64,000 nucleotides of DNA, from contig JAAYSG010000037.1 of assembly GCA_012518435.1 (NCBI GenBank), positions 14,895 through 78,894 on the forward strand, written 5' to 3'. The DNA is from Bacillota bacterium (GTDB lineage Bacteria; Bacillota; DTU030). The notes beneath the pieces were generated by a model. That model had not been told where the DNA came from. It ran no database searches and was given only the letters and a program-made list of their open reading frames with translations. Shown one piece after another: positions 20,224 through 29,374 of the stretch (position 1 is its first letter; every line of letters begins with the position of its first letter). Position numbers and translations under genes: made by a program.

Positions 20224-21414
20224 TTAGCGCAGCATCACTGTCATATTGCCGATACCAATGACAATGGTTATGGTTATAAAAAACATCACACCCACGGTGG
20301 CAACTGCTACCAGGACCACAGTAAGGCTGTTGGCCAAGGAATTAAGGCACTGGGTCAGCCTCCCTTCGGTAATGGGTTGAATTACAGCCGCCGCCACCTT
20401 ATAGATGAGGATGAGGGAAGCCAATTTTAAGATGGGAAAGGAACACAGCAAAATAACGGCAATGACACCCACAAGGCCAATGGCATTCTTTAAAAGAAGA
20501 GAACAACCGGCAATGGCATCTATGGTATCGGCAAGCATTTTTCCCACCAGGGGCACAAAGGTTCCCGCCAGAAACTTTACCGTCCGCAGGGAAACACCAT
20601 CGGAAACAGAAGCCGCCACCCCCTGGACAACAATAACCCCAATAAAAATGCTGATGACAAGGCCCAGGAAGGCAAGGGAGACTTCCTGAATTAAGCTGGC
20701 CAGCCGGGAAATACTAACACCCGGCGATAACTGGCTAACTATGGTCAACACAGCCGCAATGTAGATGAGGGGAAACATGGTCGATTTGATCAGGGTGGCC
20801 AAAACACTGATTACCAGAAACAGGAGGGGATGAAAGACCGCCGCCGATGCAACTCCTCCCACTGCAGTCAGGAGGGTCAAGAGCAGCGGTAGTAAGGCCT
20901 GCATAAAGGTAACCATTTTCTCTATGGCCTCTTGCCCGGCGCTTATGGCAATACCAAAGGTTTGCACCGCCAAGGCCAAAAGGACAAGAAAACACACTGA
21001 ATATGCAAGCTGTCCCACCCCCTGGGCGGCAAAAGCCTCCTGAATATTATTGAGAATGGCGGCTATAACAGCCAACAGGAGGAGCTGCCCCAAGAGGCGG
21101 GAATTGGCCACCACCTCTTTAAAAAGGTATTGCAAAAGGCCGCCAAGAAGAGCGCCCACATTGAAAATTTCCTTGCCAGCCACCATTCTTCCTATTAGCT
21201 CCCTAATATTCAACTCCGGCACCTGGGCAGCAGCCTGCCGATTGATATCACCTATAAGTGCCTCAATCCCGTGCAAATCAAGTATATCTAGCTGCTCCTC
21301 TATTATTTTTTCCCGGTCTAAAGCTGGCCCTCCCCCCTGGGCAGCCAGTGTAGGAGAACAGAGAATAAGGACCAGGGAAAAGACAACAATTGGCAGGGAA
21401 ATATTTTTTACCAT
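20224..21414 (-). CDS. spoIIIAE: Stage III sporulation protein AE
   Basis: Signal peptide plus a polytopic membrane protein of about 400 aa. Confidence 0.85.
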   Translation of the reverse strand: MVKNISLPIVVFSLVLILCSPTLAAQGGGPALDREKIIEEQLDILDLHGIEALIGDINRQAAAQVPELNIRELIGRMVAGKEIFNVGALLGGLLQYLFKEVVANSRLLGQLLLLAVIAAILNNIQEAFAAQGVGQLAYSVCFLVLLALAVQTFGIAISAGQEAIEKMVTFMQALLPLLLTLLTAVGGVASAAVFHPLLFLVISVLATLIKSTMFPLIYIAAVLTIVSQLSPGVSISRLASLIQEVSLAFLGLVISIFIGVIVVQGVAASVSDGVSLRTVKFLAGTFVPLVGKMLADTIDAIAGCSLLLKNAIGLVGVIAVILLCSFPILKLASLILIYKVAAAVIQPITEGRLTQCLNSLANSLTVVLVAVATVGVMFFITITIVIGIGNMTVMLR

Positions 21415-21463
21415 CTGTAACCCACCTCAGATGAATATCAGGAGCGAAAGGGAGAAAACCCCC

Positions 21464-21850
21464 TCAGGGCAAAAGTCTCAGGACAGAATCCAAAATAACC
21501 AAAAGGAGGGGAATGGCCAATAGCATAATCATAATCTTGCCGGCCAATTCGATCTTGCTGGCAATGGCACCCTCCCCCGCATCGCGGCAAATTTGGGAGC
21601 CAAACTGGGCAATATAGGCAATGGCCACAATCCTCAGCACAGTATTTAAATAAAAGAAATCAATATCAGCCCGGAAGGCCAACTGCTCCAAAAGGTTAAA
21701 TACAACGGCTATACGACCCAGAATTAGAAAGAAGATCAGGACCCCAGCAGACAGGCTCAGTAACAGGGCCAATTCTGGTCTTTGCTCCCGCAAAAGGATA
21801 ACAAGTATTGTCACCACAATTCCGATGCCGACAATGGGCATCAAGTCCAA
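21464..21850 (-). CDS. spoIIIAD: Stage III sporulation protein AD
   Basis: 128-aa four-helix membrane protein at the correct operon position. Confidence 0.8.
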   Translation of the reverse strand: MDLMPIVGIGIVVTILVILLREQRPELALLLSLSAGVLIFFLILGRIAVVFNLLEQLAFRADIDFFYLNTVLRIVAIAYIAQFGSQICRDAGEGAIASKIELAGKIMIMLLAIPLLLVILDSVLRLLP

Positions 21851-21862
21851 GTGACCACCCCT

Positions 21863-22063
21863 TTAATAAATGCGAAATACAGTGCGGACAGTATTAAAGA
21901 GCTGATTGATGAGCTGCACAACCATCAATAGAACAATAACAACTCCCGTCAGGGTGAGCATTTGGGCCTGTTCCTGTTTCCCAGCCTGGAGGAGAACAGT
22001 ATTTAATATGGAAATCAAAATTCCAATACCTGCTATTTTAAAAATTAGATCAATGTCCACCAT
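21863..22063 (-). CDS. spoIIIAC: Stage III sporulation protein AC
   Basis: 66-aa two-helix membrane protein. Confidence 0.8.
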   Translation of the reverse strand: MVDIDLIFKIAGIGILISILNTVLLQAGKQEQAQMLTLTGVVIVLLMVVQLINQLFNTVRTVFRIY

Positions 22064-22081
22064 TAGCCGCCCCCTTAGCTA

Positions 22082-22600
22082 TTAATAAAAGGTCAAAATC
22101 AACATTACCCCCAGGAGAAACCCCAGATAACGCCATAACCTCTCATTGGGGCCACTCCTCTCCCTCTCCCTCATTTCTGCCTCCTTAAGCTGTTGGCAGG
22201 TGAGGAGAAGGTGTTTTACCTGATCCTCCCTATCTGAACAACCCAATATCCCCCCCAGGGGCAGGAGGAGTTCCAATTCCCTGGGTCCCAAAACGCTATA
22301 CCTACCCAAATCCTTCAACCCCCGCTCCCAGGCCTCCCGGAAACTCAAAGACTGGGAAAGAAGGAGCTGGTCCCGGACCAGAAGAAAAAATGCTGCAAGT
22401 TGAGGATCTGTTAACGCCGCTACTTTTTTCAAAGCAGCTAACAGGGGAGTAACTCCATAGTTTATTTCGGTCTGTAAAAACTGCAGTGCCGTTTGCAAGG
22501 AGCGAAGCAGGCGGGGGCGTTGGGCATAACCGCGGGCAATATCATTTCCCAGTAGCCCACAGACAACAATCACCAGAATTGCCCCGGTAAATTTTAGCAT
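22082..22600 (-). CDS. spoIIIAB: Stage III sporulation protein AB
   Basis: 172 aa with a GspF-like fold, at the correct operon position. Confidence 0.75.
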   Translation of the reverse strand: MLKFTGAILVIVVCGLLGNDIARGYAQRPRLLRSLQTALQFLQTEINYGVTPLLAALKKVAALTDPQLAAFFLLVRDQLLLSQSLSFREAWERGLKDLGRYSVLGPRELELLLPLGGILGCSDREDQVKHLLLTCQQLKEAEMRERERSGPNERLWRYLGFLLGVMLILTFY

Positions 22601-22623
22601 TGGATCGTCCCCCTTCCCTTGGA

Positions 22624-23643
22624 TCAGCGCAGCGGATTTGCCAACAAGGAGGTGTTTGTTTCACCATCATACACCGCCTCCAGAGTACCCACACCCAGGG
22701 AAAAACCAAGAAATAGTATGCGTTGGAAAATCCCTCCGGCCAAGATATGGGCCAGGCTTGGGCGTCTTCTAAGGCTGTCCAGGCTATGTCCATGGGCCGT
22801 TGCCAATACCTTCACCCCCGCATGCAGGGCTTCGCCAATGGCCTCAGCATCCTCCCCATGCCCCAGTTCATCGGTGGCAATAACCTGGGGTGACATGGAT
22901 CGGACCAACATCATCATCCCTTCCGCCTTGGGACAGCCATCCAAAATGTCGGTCCGGGGCCCCAAATCCGCCTGGGGCACACCGGCACTACAGGCAGCAA
23001 TTTCCGAGCGTTCGTCCACTACCCCCACCTTCAAACCGGAAAAACCCAAGGAGGGTATCCCCCAACTTATCTGCCGGATGAGATCCCGCAAAAGAGTTGT
23101 CTTTCCCCCCAGGGGGGGTGATACGATGAGGGAATGGAATATGGTATTTCTTTTTTTATCAAGAAGGTAGGGGATTGCCTTGTCGCCCACACCGGGTAAC
23201 TCCCTGGCTAGGCGTATATTCATACCGGTAACATGCTTTAACAGCCTTACCCGCCCCTTTTCCAGAACCACCCTCCCGGTGAGCCCCACCCGGTGTCCAC
23301 CCTCCAGGGTTAAAAAACCTTGGCGCAGTTCCTCGGCAAAACTGTAAATGGAACAGCCACTCATGAGTTCTAAGGTCCTTGTCATGTCATCCCCCGTTAC
23401 AATATAGGCCCCAGGGGCTGAGGAAGCCATCCCCCCCTGGGGGCCAAGGAAACAATCCCCTTGGGCCAATACCAGCATAAGGGGTCTATTTTGCCGCAGG
23501 CGAATTTCCTCCACCTTTGCCCAAGTATCCCGGGGAATCTTCTTTAGGATATTACGGATCGGCACCGCCAAGGTGACCAAGATTTGCTCCAGATCCAAAA
23601 CCTTCCCCCTAACCCCCCCGTCCAGCAGCGCCAGAGCAGACAC
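22624..23643 (-). CDS. spoIIIAA: Stage III sporulation protein AA (secretion-type ATPase)
   Basis: Walker A motif PPLGGKTTLLRDL. First gene of the operon. Confidence 0.85.
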   Translation of the reverse strand: MSALALLDGGVRGKVLDLEQILVTLAVPIRNILKKIPRDTWAKVEEIRLRQNRPLMLVLAQGDCFLGPQGGMASSAPGAYIVTGDDMTRTLELMSGCSIYSFAEELRQGFLTLEGGHRVGLTGRVVLEKGRVRLLKHVTGMNIRLARELPGVGDKAIPYLLDKKRNTIFHSLIVSPPLGGKTTLLRDLIRQISWGIPSLGFSGLKVGVVDERSEIAACSAGVPQADLGPRTDILDGCPKAEGMMMLVRSMSPQVIATDELGHGEDAEAIGEALHAGVKVLATAHGHSLDSLRRRPSLAHILAGGIFQRILFLGFSLGVGTLEAVYDGETNTSLLANPLR

Positions 23644-23703
23644 AAAAACCCCCCCTTCCCTTCTATAGATATTATCCTCCTGGCAAAATTATGAAAATAA
23701 AAT

Positions 23704-23733
23704 AAAAAAACTGTCCCCCATTTGTGGACAGCC
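23704..23733 (-). terminator. Rho-independent terminator downstream of the dam-like gene
   Basis: On the minus strand, GGCUGUCC-ACAAAUGGG-GGACAG is followed by UUUUUUU. Confidence 0.5.
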
Positions 23734-23771
23734 ATCTACGACGAAACTCAAGGATAGAACCCCATTTTATG

Positions 23772-24692
23772 TTAATAATTCCTGATGATTAATTCCGTAA
23801 TTTCACCCCTTTTCTTTCCATGGCAGTTTATATTTCGCTTGGCAAAAACCCGCTCCATGCGAAAACCCCGATATAAATGGTCGAAAAAATCATCCCGGGG
23901 ATCCCTTGCCACCGGATCAGAGTTGCTAAGAAGTAAAAATGCATTCCTTTGGTCCAACTTTCGGAAATACTTGGCCAGGCGGATCTGGTCTTCATCGGTA
24001 AAATCCCCCCCGGTATAACTTGTAAACCTTGCCGTCCTTGTCAATGGTCTATAGGGCGGATCGAAATAGACCAGACTGCCCGCCTGGACATAGGCTTCAG
24101 AGGAGAGGAAATCTGCACAGAGCAGATTTACCCCCGCCAGTGCTTTACTCACCTCCCTGATGTTGGCTGCAGCACAAATGGCAGGTTTTTTGTAACGCCC
24201 GTGGGGGACATTAAATTCACCTCTTTTATTCTGCCTAAATAAACCATTGAAGCAAGTCTTGTTTAAAAATATTAACTGACTGGCCCGCCGGCTCCAGTCT
24301 TTTCCGTAAGACCCATAATCAAAGGTCAACCTTTGTCGGTTATATTGTTGCCTAATTTGATAGTATAGTTCCCTTCTACCAGAAGTATCCAAGCATAAAT
24401 ACTCTTCCTCCAGCCGGTCTAAATGAGAAATTAAGGCCTCCGGTTCCCGTTGCACCACCTTGTAAGCCAGCATCAGTTCCTTGTTAATATCCATTAAATA
24501 CACATTTTCCAGTGCAAACATTTCTTGAAGGTAAAAGAAGAAGGCCCCTCCCCCCAAAAAAGGTTCCACATAGGTGCTAATGGTTTTTGATTCCTTTATT
24601 TGCGCCGGCAATCTTCGGGATAACTCCGCCAATAACTGTGTTTTGCCCCCCGCCCATTTTAAGAAGGGTTTTGCCGAAAATCCCCTGCTCAC
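23772..24692 (-). CDS. dam: Dam-family DNA N6-adenine methyltransferase (orphan, no adjacent restriction endonuclease)
   Basis: N-terminal KPFLKWAGGK motif and a catalytic DPPY motif. At 306 aa it is the typical size of Dam/DpnM/MboIA-type methyltransferases. No cognate endonuclease ORF lies nearby. Confidence 0.85.
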   Translation of the reverse strand: MSRGFSAKPFLKWAGGKTQLLAELSRRLPAQIKESKTISTYVEPFLGGGAFFFYLQEMFALENVYLMDINKELMLAYKVVQREPEALISHLDRLEEEYLCLDTSGRRELYYQIRQQYNRQRLTFDYGSYGKDWSRRASQLIFLNKTCFNGLFRQNKRGEFNVPHGRYKKPAICAAANIREVSKALAGVNLLCADFLSSEAYVQAGSLVYFDPPYRPLTRTARFTSYTGGDFTDEDQIRLAKYFRKLDQRNAFLLLSNSDPVARDPRDDFFDHLYRGFRMERVFAKRNINCHGKKRGEITELIIRNY

Positions 24693-24699
24693 TGGTGTT

Positions 24700-25532
24700 C
24701 ACCCCCTCCCAATATTATCCACTGGCACTGCTCCTTGTCAAATTTCTTCGCAGCGGGCCGCCTTGGGGTACACCTTCTGGGCTGTCTTCAAATATTCCCT
24801 CCACCATAACTCCTGCTTGTTTGCCAGGTCCATGTCTACCACGAAGCGATATCCTTCTGTGATGTCGGCCCGGGCCTTTTGTAGCGCCCCGTGGGCGCTC
24901 CTTCTTGGTCGGAAGCCAAAGCTGTTGTTTGAAAACTGTTCTTCAAAGAAGGGGACAGGACTTGGCATATGGCTTTTCCCGGTGTTCGCGAAGGTATGGA
25001 AGAAGTCCTTCAACTTTCATGCCGTCGATGCCACCGGCACCCTTGTTCTTCTTTACCCGCTTGTAGGCACGGTTTAGATTGTCTCGGGTTAATATTTGCT
25101 CCAGCAGTCCTACGGTCTGTTTGGTGGTGTTGGTGATGTCGGTTTTGGTCATCTTGGGTGGCGCGCACACTACTGCATATTCTTTCCGTTCCGCGGATAC
25201 CTTTTGCAGATAGTCTTCATATCGAAGTTGTCCGTGTTTTACTAGGCCACTTGCAGTGACTGTCATTGACCCTCACCCCCGATGGTTCGGCCCTTCCGCT
25301 CTGCCACATTTACTGCGGGCAATTCCGTGTAGTTATTGGGCTTTGACTTGTTAAGCAGTCTTACCCTTGCTTACAGCCTTATGTGGTTTCTATTCGTCAG
25401 ACCGGGGGTTTGCCTACACCTTCCTTCAGATTCCACCTCGCGATGGATACCCTTGGTGTTCGGCTATTCCCTTCCCACTACCGGGCGGGTTCGGGACTTG
25501 CACCCTTTAGATTGCATCCATGCCGGGCGCAC
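24700..25532 (-). mobile_element. Degenerate bacterial class C-like group II intron (5' portion only)
   Basis: The minus strand begins with GUGCGCC immediately after terminator hairpin + UUUUUUAU, which is the characteristic class C insertion site. About 380 nt of ribozyme domains precede the RT start. The 3' part of the RT and ribozyme domains V/VI are absent. Confidence 0.6.
24738..25266 (-). pseudogene. Truncated, frameshifted group II intron reverse transcriptase/maturase
   Basis: Two overlapping frames encode LLEQILTRDNLNRAYKRVKKNKGAGGIDGM (RT domain 0/1) and FGFRPRRSAHGALQKARADITEGYRFVVDMDL (RT domain 2). Only about 170 aa of the expected more than 400 aa are present. Confidence 0.7.
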
Positions 25533-25570
25533 ATAAAAAAGGGCGGCTCCTGGCCGCCCCACTTAATTGC
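25533..25570 (-). terminator. Rho-independent terminator of the zinc-ribbon gene (and group II intron target site)
   Basis: On the minus strand, GGGGCGGCCAGGAGCCGCCC is followed by UUUUUUAU. Confidence 0.65.
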
Positions 25571-25591
25571 CTCACAAATTGAAGGGATATT

Positions 25592-26120
25592 TTAAAAATC
25601 TATTTCAGCATCCCCAACTGCCTCATCCTTGGCTTCAAATTCTTCTAATTCTGCATCGTCGTCTTCATCATCATCCCCATCTTCATAGTCATCTTCATAA
25701 TCATAGTCATAGTCTTCATAGTCAAAATCGTCATCTTCGGTGCTAAAGACAACAGCGCCACAATTGGGACAGGTTATTTCAATTATTGTCTCTTCATCTT
25801 CGTCAAGGGCCCCCTCCTCAAAGAAGACCGTTTCCCCACATTCAGGACATTCAACCTCGATGTACTCCCCATCCTCATGGCCAATGCCCTCGATATCGTC
25901 GTAATAGTCGTCCTCCAGTTCTCCCAGGCTTTCATCAACGGCGCCTACATACTCCTCCAGATCCTGGTAGTCACCGGCTATTTCTTCCATCTCAGCGGTT
26001 ATTTCAGCCAAAACTTCCAGTATTCCCCCCAAAATCTTCCCTTCCCCAGTATCCTGTTTGAGGTCCAGGCCTTCAGCCAACCCCTGTAAGTAGGCAATCC
26101 TTTCCATGAGCTCCCGCATG
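25592..26120 (-). CDS. Acidic zinc-ribbon protein of unknown function
   Basis: Two CxxC pairs (CPECG and CPNCG) and an extremely acidic Asp/Glu/Tyr-rich C-terminus (DDDFDYEDYDYDYEDDYEDGDDDEDDD). The probable start is ATG at 26120, which has a strong ribosome-binding site (GGAAGGGAGGAG); the ORF-track start at 26149 overlaps that site. Confidence 0.5.
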
Positions 26121-26196
26121 TGACACTCCTCCCTTCCTTGCTTTACCAATTTGATAGTTATAGTATAACACAGGAATGCAAAAATAACACCTGGAG

Positions 26197-26754
26197 TTAA
26201 ACCCGTTCCATGTATTCTCTAGAGCGGGTATCAACCCTAATTACATCACCTTCCTCAATAAAAAGGGGAACCAACACCTCGGCCCCGGTTTCCAATACGG
26301 CCCTTTTAGTCGCTCCAGATACTGTGTCTCCCCTAATTCCCGGTTCAGTCTCCGTAATGGCCAATTCAACAAAATTCGGCAGTTCTATACCAATGACATC
26401 CCCCTTGTATTCCATAACATAGATGAGCATATTCTCCTTGAGAAGGCTAATGGTATCTCCCAATTCTTCCTGGGGAAAATTAATCTGTTCAAAGCTTTCA
26501 GTGTCCATAAAGACCAAAAATTCCCCCGAACGATATAAGTATTGCATCTCCCTTCTTTCCACATGGGCCCGGCTAACCTTTTCCCCGGCCCGAAAGGTTT
26601 TGTCAATGGTCGCCTCCGTGCGAATATTCTTCAGTTTGCTGCGAACAAAGGCGGCACCCTTGCCCGGCTTAACATGCTGAAAATATACTACCGTATATAC
26701 TTCCCCATCCAGCTCAATGGTCATCCCAGTCTTAAAATCATTGGTTGAAATCAC
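26197..26754 (-). CDS. efp: Translation elongation factor P
   Basis: 185 aa. The [15 protein letters not shown] loop carries the conserved modified lysine. Confidence 0.9.
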   Translation of the reverse strand: MISTNDFKTGMTIELDGEVYTVVYFQHVKPGKGAAFVRSKLKNIRTEATIDKTFRAGEKVSRAHVERREMQYLYRSGEFLVFMDTESFEQINFPQEELGDTISLLKENMLIYVMEYKGDVIGIELPNFVELAITETEPGIRGDTVSGATKRAVLETGAEVLVPLFIEEGDVIRVDTRSREYMERV

Positions 26755-26771
26755 TGGCGGTTCCTCCCCAT

Positions 26772-27842
26772 TTATTGTATTCTTATAAGTTCACGGGTAG
26801 ACCGATGCAAAACTTCGCTTCCAGTTTCAGTTATCAGCAGCAAGTCTTCAATCCTCACTCCACCCCAGCCGGGAATATAAATCCCCGGCTCTATGGTAAC
26901 AAGCATTCCCGGAAGTAAAACCGTGTCCGCCCCAGGGAACAGGTTGGGGCCTTCGTGGATATTTAAACCCACACCGTGGCCCAGCCCATGGCCAAAAAAG
27001 GCACCAAACCCCCTGTCGTTGATTACCCGCCGGGCAAGGGCATCAATTTCACCGGCGGTTACCCCCGGGGCCAGGGCCGCCACAGCGGCCCGTTGGGCCT
27101 CCAGGACAACCTCATAGACTTCTGTCTGTTTCGCCGTTGCTTCCCCTACGATTACAGTCCGGGTAAAATCCGAATGATAGCCATTAACTATGGTCCCAAA
27201 GTCCATAATAACAAATTCCCCTGCCTGGATCAACTTCTTACTGGCAACCCCGTGGGGCAGCGCAGCTCGGGGACCGGAGGCAACTATTATATCAAAACTG
27301 GCCCCTTCCCCGCCGCGCCGGCGGGCGAAGAATTCCAATTCCAAGGCCACCTCTTTTTCCCGACGGCCCGGCTCCAGGTATTTAATAATATGTTCAAAGG
27401 CCAGATCATCCAACCGAGACGCCCTTTTGATACTTTCTATTTCTGTAGCATCCTTTCGCATCCGGAGGGTTTCCACCAAACCGCTGACGGGAAACCATTG
27501 GACCCCCTGAACCTTGTCCACTAACCTTTGATAAATCTGATAGCTAATATGTTCCTCTTCAAAACCAAGTGTCTTTAGGCCAGTGTCCACGACAAGCTGG
27601 GAAAGGGTCCCAGTAAAGGGCCGCCGATATTCCACAACCTCCCACCCCCCGGCCTCCTCCCGAGCCTGCCCCACATACCGAAAATCAACACAGAGGAAGG
27701 CCCTGTCCCTGGTCACCAATAACCAGCCCTCACTACCGGTAAAACCACTCATGTACAGGCAGTTTTCCCTATTGCCTATGAGTAAGCCATCTAAATTGGT
27801 CTCTGCCAGCCTACGGCGCAGTTTCTTTAGGCGTACCGGCAA
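26772..27842 (-). CDS. pepP: Xaa-Pro aminopeptidase (M24 family)
   Basis: Creatinase-like N-terminal domain plus an M24 catalytic domain with its metal ligands ([13 protein letters not shown]). Confidence 0.8.
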   Translation of the reverse strand: MPVRLKKLRRRLAETNLDGLLIGNRENCLYMSGFTGSEGWLLVTRDRAFLCVDFRYVGQAREEAGGWEVVEYRRPFTGTLSQLVVDTGLKTLGFEEEHISYQIYQRLVDKVQGVQWFPVSGLVETLRMRKDATEIESIKRASRLDDLAFEHIIKYLEPGRREKEVALELEFFARRRGGEGASFDIIVASGPRAALPHGVASKKLIQAGEFVIMDFGTIVNGYHSDFTRTVIVGEATAKQTEVYEVVLEAQRAAVAALAPGVTAGEIDALARRVINDRGFGAFFGHGLGHGVGLNIHEGPNLFPGADTVLLPGMLVTIEPGIYIPGWGGVRIEDLLLITETGSEVLHRSTRELIRIQ

Positions 27843-27922
27843 ATCCCATCACCTTCCCTCCTAACACAAATTAAAGCCAGCGCAAGGGTTTGTCCTGGTA
27901 TTAAAGGCGGGGAAACCACCTT

Positions 27923-29275
27923 TTACTCCCCGCTAACCGCCATGGGACCAAAGCGTATACTGGGGGAGCCATAACCCAAATAAAAACGGAGGTCATTGCC
28001 CAGGGCTTCAACACCACGAAATAGATCTAAAATATTACCGGCCACGGCCACACCCCGAACGGGATAAGCCAACTCTCCCTTTTCAATCCAGATCCCGGCT
28101 GCACCAACGGAGAAATCCCCGGAAATGGGATTAGCCGTATGCATACCCAAAACCTCCAGAAGATAAAATCCCTGGGCAATATCCTTAAGCAATTCCCCTT
28201 GGTTACAATCCCCGGCCTCAAGGTAAAGATTGCTTGGTCCAATTTCCGGGGTGCCCCGATAGGAAGGACGGGAAGCATTGCCCGTTGAGTCGGTACCATC
28301 CTTGCTGGCGGTATAGGTATTGTAAAGGTAGGTCTGTAATTGCCCCCCTTCTATCAACACCGTCCTGCCAGAGGGAACACCTTCCCCATCCACTGGACTG
28401 GAATTGATTCCCCGGGGCAATGTTCCATCATCTATTAAGGTTACCCTTGGGGATGCCACCATTTCCCCTAATTTACCCGCCAGGAGGGAGCGACCCTTTT
28501 GCACAGCCTCTGCACTTAGGGCCGGGGCAAGCACTCCCAAAAACTGGGTCGCAACCCGGGGCGGCATGACAAGGGGCACCCTTTGGGAAGAGACCTTTTT
28601 CGCCCCCAGCATTGCCACCGCCTCTTGGCTGGCCTCCTGGCCGATGACCTCAGGTTTTAAATCAGCAAAATCGAGTACATAGTCCATGCCAGAACCAGTT
28701 TGGGTATCACCATTTTCCCGGGCCACCACCCACACGGAGCCGCCGCAAAAGGAACCCCTGTAATTCACATCTACACCCCGGGAATTGACAATGCTGACCT
28801 CATAGACCGTATCTCCATAGCTGGCATGTTCAGTTTTAATTACCCGGGGGTCAGCAGCAAAGGCAGCCTCCTCCACGGCCTTGGCGACCCTAATCTTTTC
28901 TTCCACTGGCGTGGCCACAATCTTGGGATCATAAAGTACAAGTTCCGGTATCCTTGCCGGCGAAGCCGGCAGGGCATTATTTTTATCAGCGGCGGTTTTG
29001 GCCGCATTGGCAATGGCCTGGGAAACAGTCTTCTCTACCGGCCCTTTGGCCAAAAAGGAGGTATAGGCAAACCCCATTCGTTCACCAACTAAAACCCTAA
29101 TACCCAGGCCCCTTTCCTCAGCCTGCTCGATGGACTCCACCTTCCCTTGCCTTACCCGCACGCTAAAGGATTTGTCCCTGAGCAAGAATGCCTCCGCCAA
29201 TTCTGCCCCCTGTTTCTGGCTCTGTGCCACCGCCCAGTGGGCAATCTCTTCATTTTTCATCATCCAACCTCCCAA
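27923..29275 (-). CDS. tldE: PmbA/TldE family metallopeptidase
   Basis: 450 aa in the TldD/PmbA fold, adjacent to tldD. Confidence 0.8.
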   Translation of the reverse strand: MGGWMMKNEEIAHWAVAQSQKQGAELAEAFLLRDKSFSVRVRQGKVESIEQAEERGLGIRVLVGERMGFAYTSFLAKGPVEKTVSQAIANAAKTAADKNNALPASPARIPELVLYDPKIVATPVEEKIRVAKAVEEAAFAADPRVIKTEHASYGDTVYEVSIVNSRGVDVNYRGSFCGGSVWVVARENGDTQTGSGMDYVLDFADLKPEVIGQEASQEAVAMLGAKKVSSQRVPLVMPPRVATQFLGVLAPALSAEAVQKGRSLLAGKLGEMVASPRVTLIDDGTLPRGINSSPVDGEGVPSGRTVLIEGGQLQTYLYNTYTASKDGTDSTGNASRPSYRGTPEIGPSNLYLEAGDCNQGELLKDIAQGFYLLEVLGMHTANPISGDFSVGAAGIWIEKGELAYPVRGVAVAGNILDLFRGVEALGNDLRFYLGYGSPSIRFGPMAVSGE

Positions 29276-29374
29276 CTAAGTCCAATAAATACCCCCAAAA
29301 TGCAAACCCTCTTATCAGGACAAAAATGTTGGGGCGCAAAAGGGCAAGTCTCCCCTGTGCGGCGCAAAGCCCCC

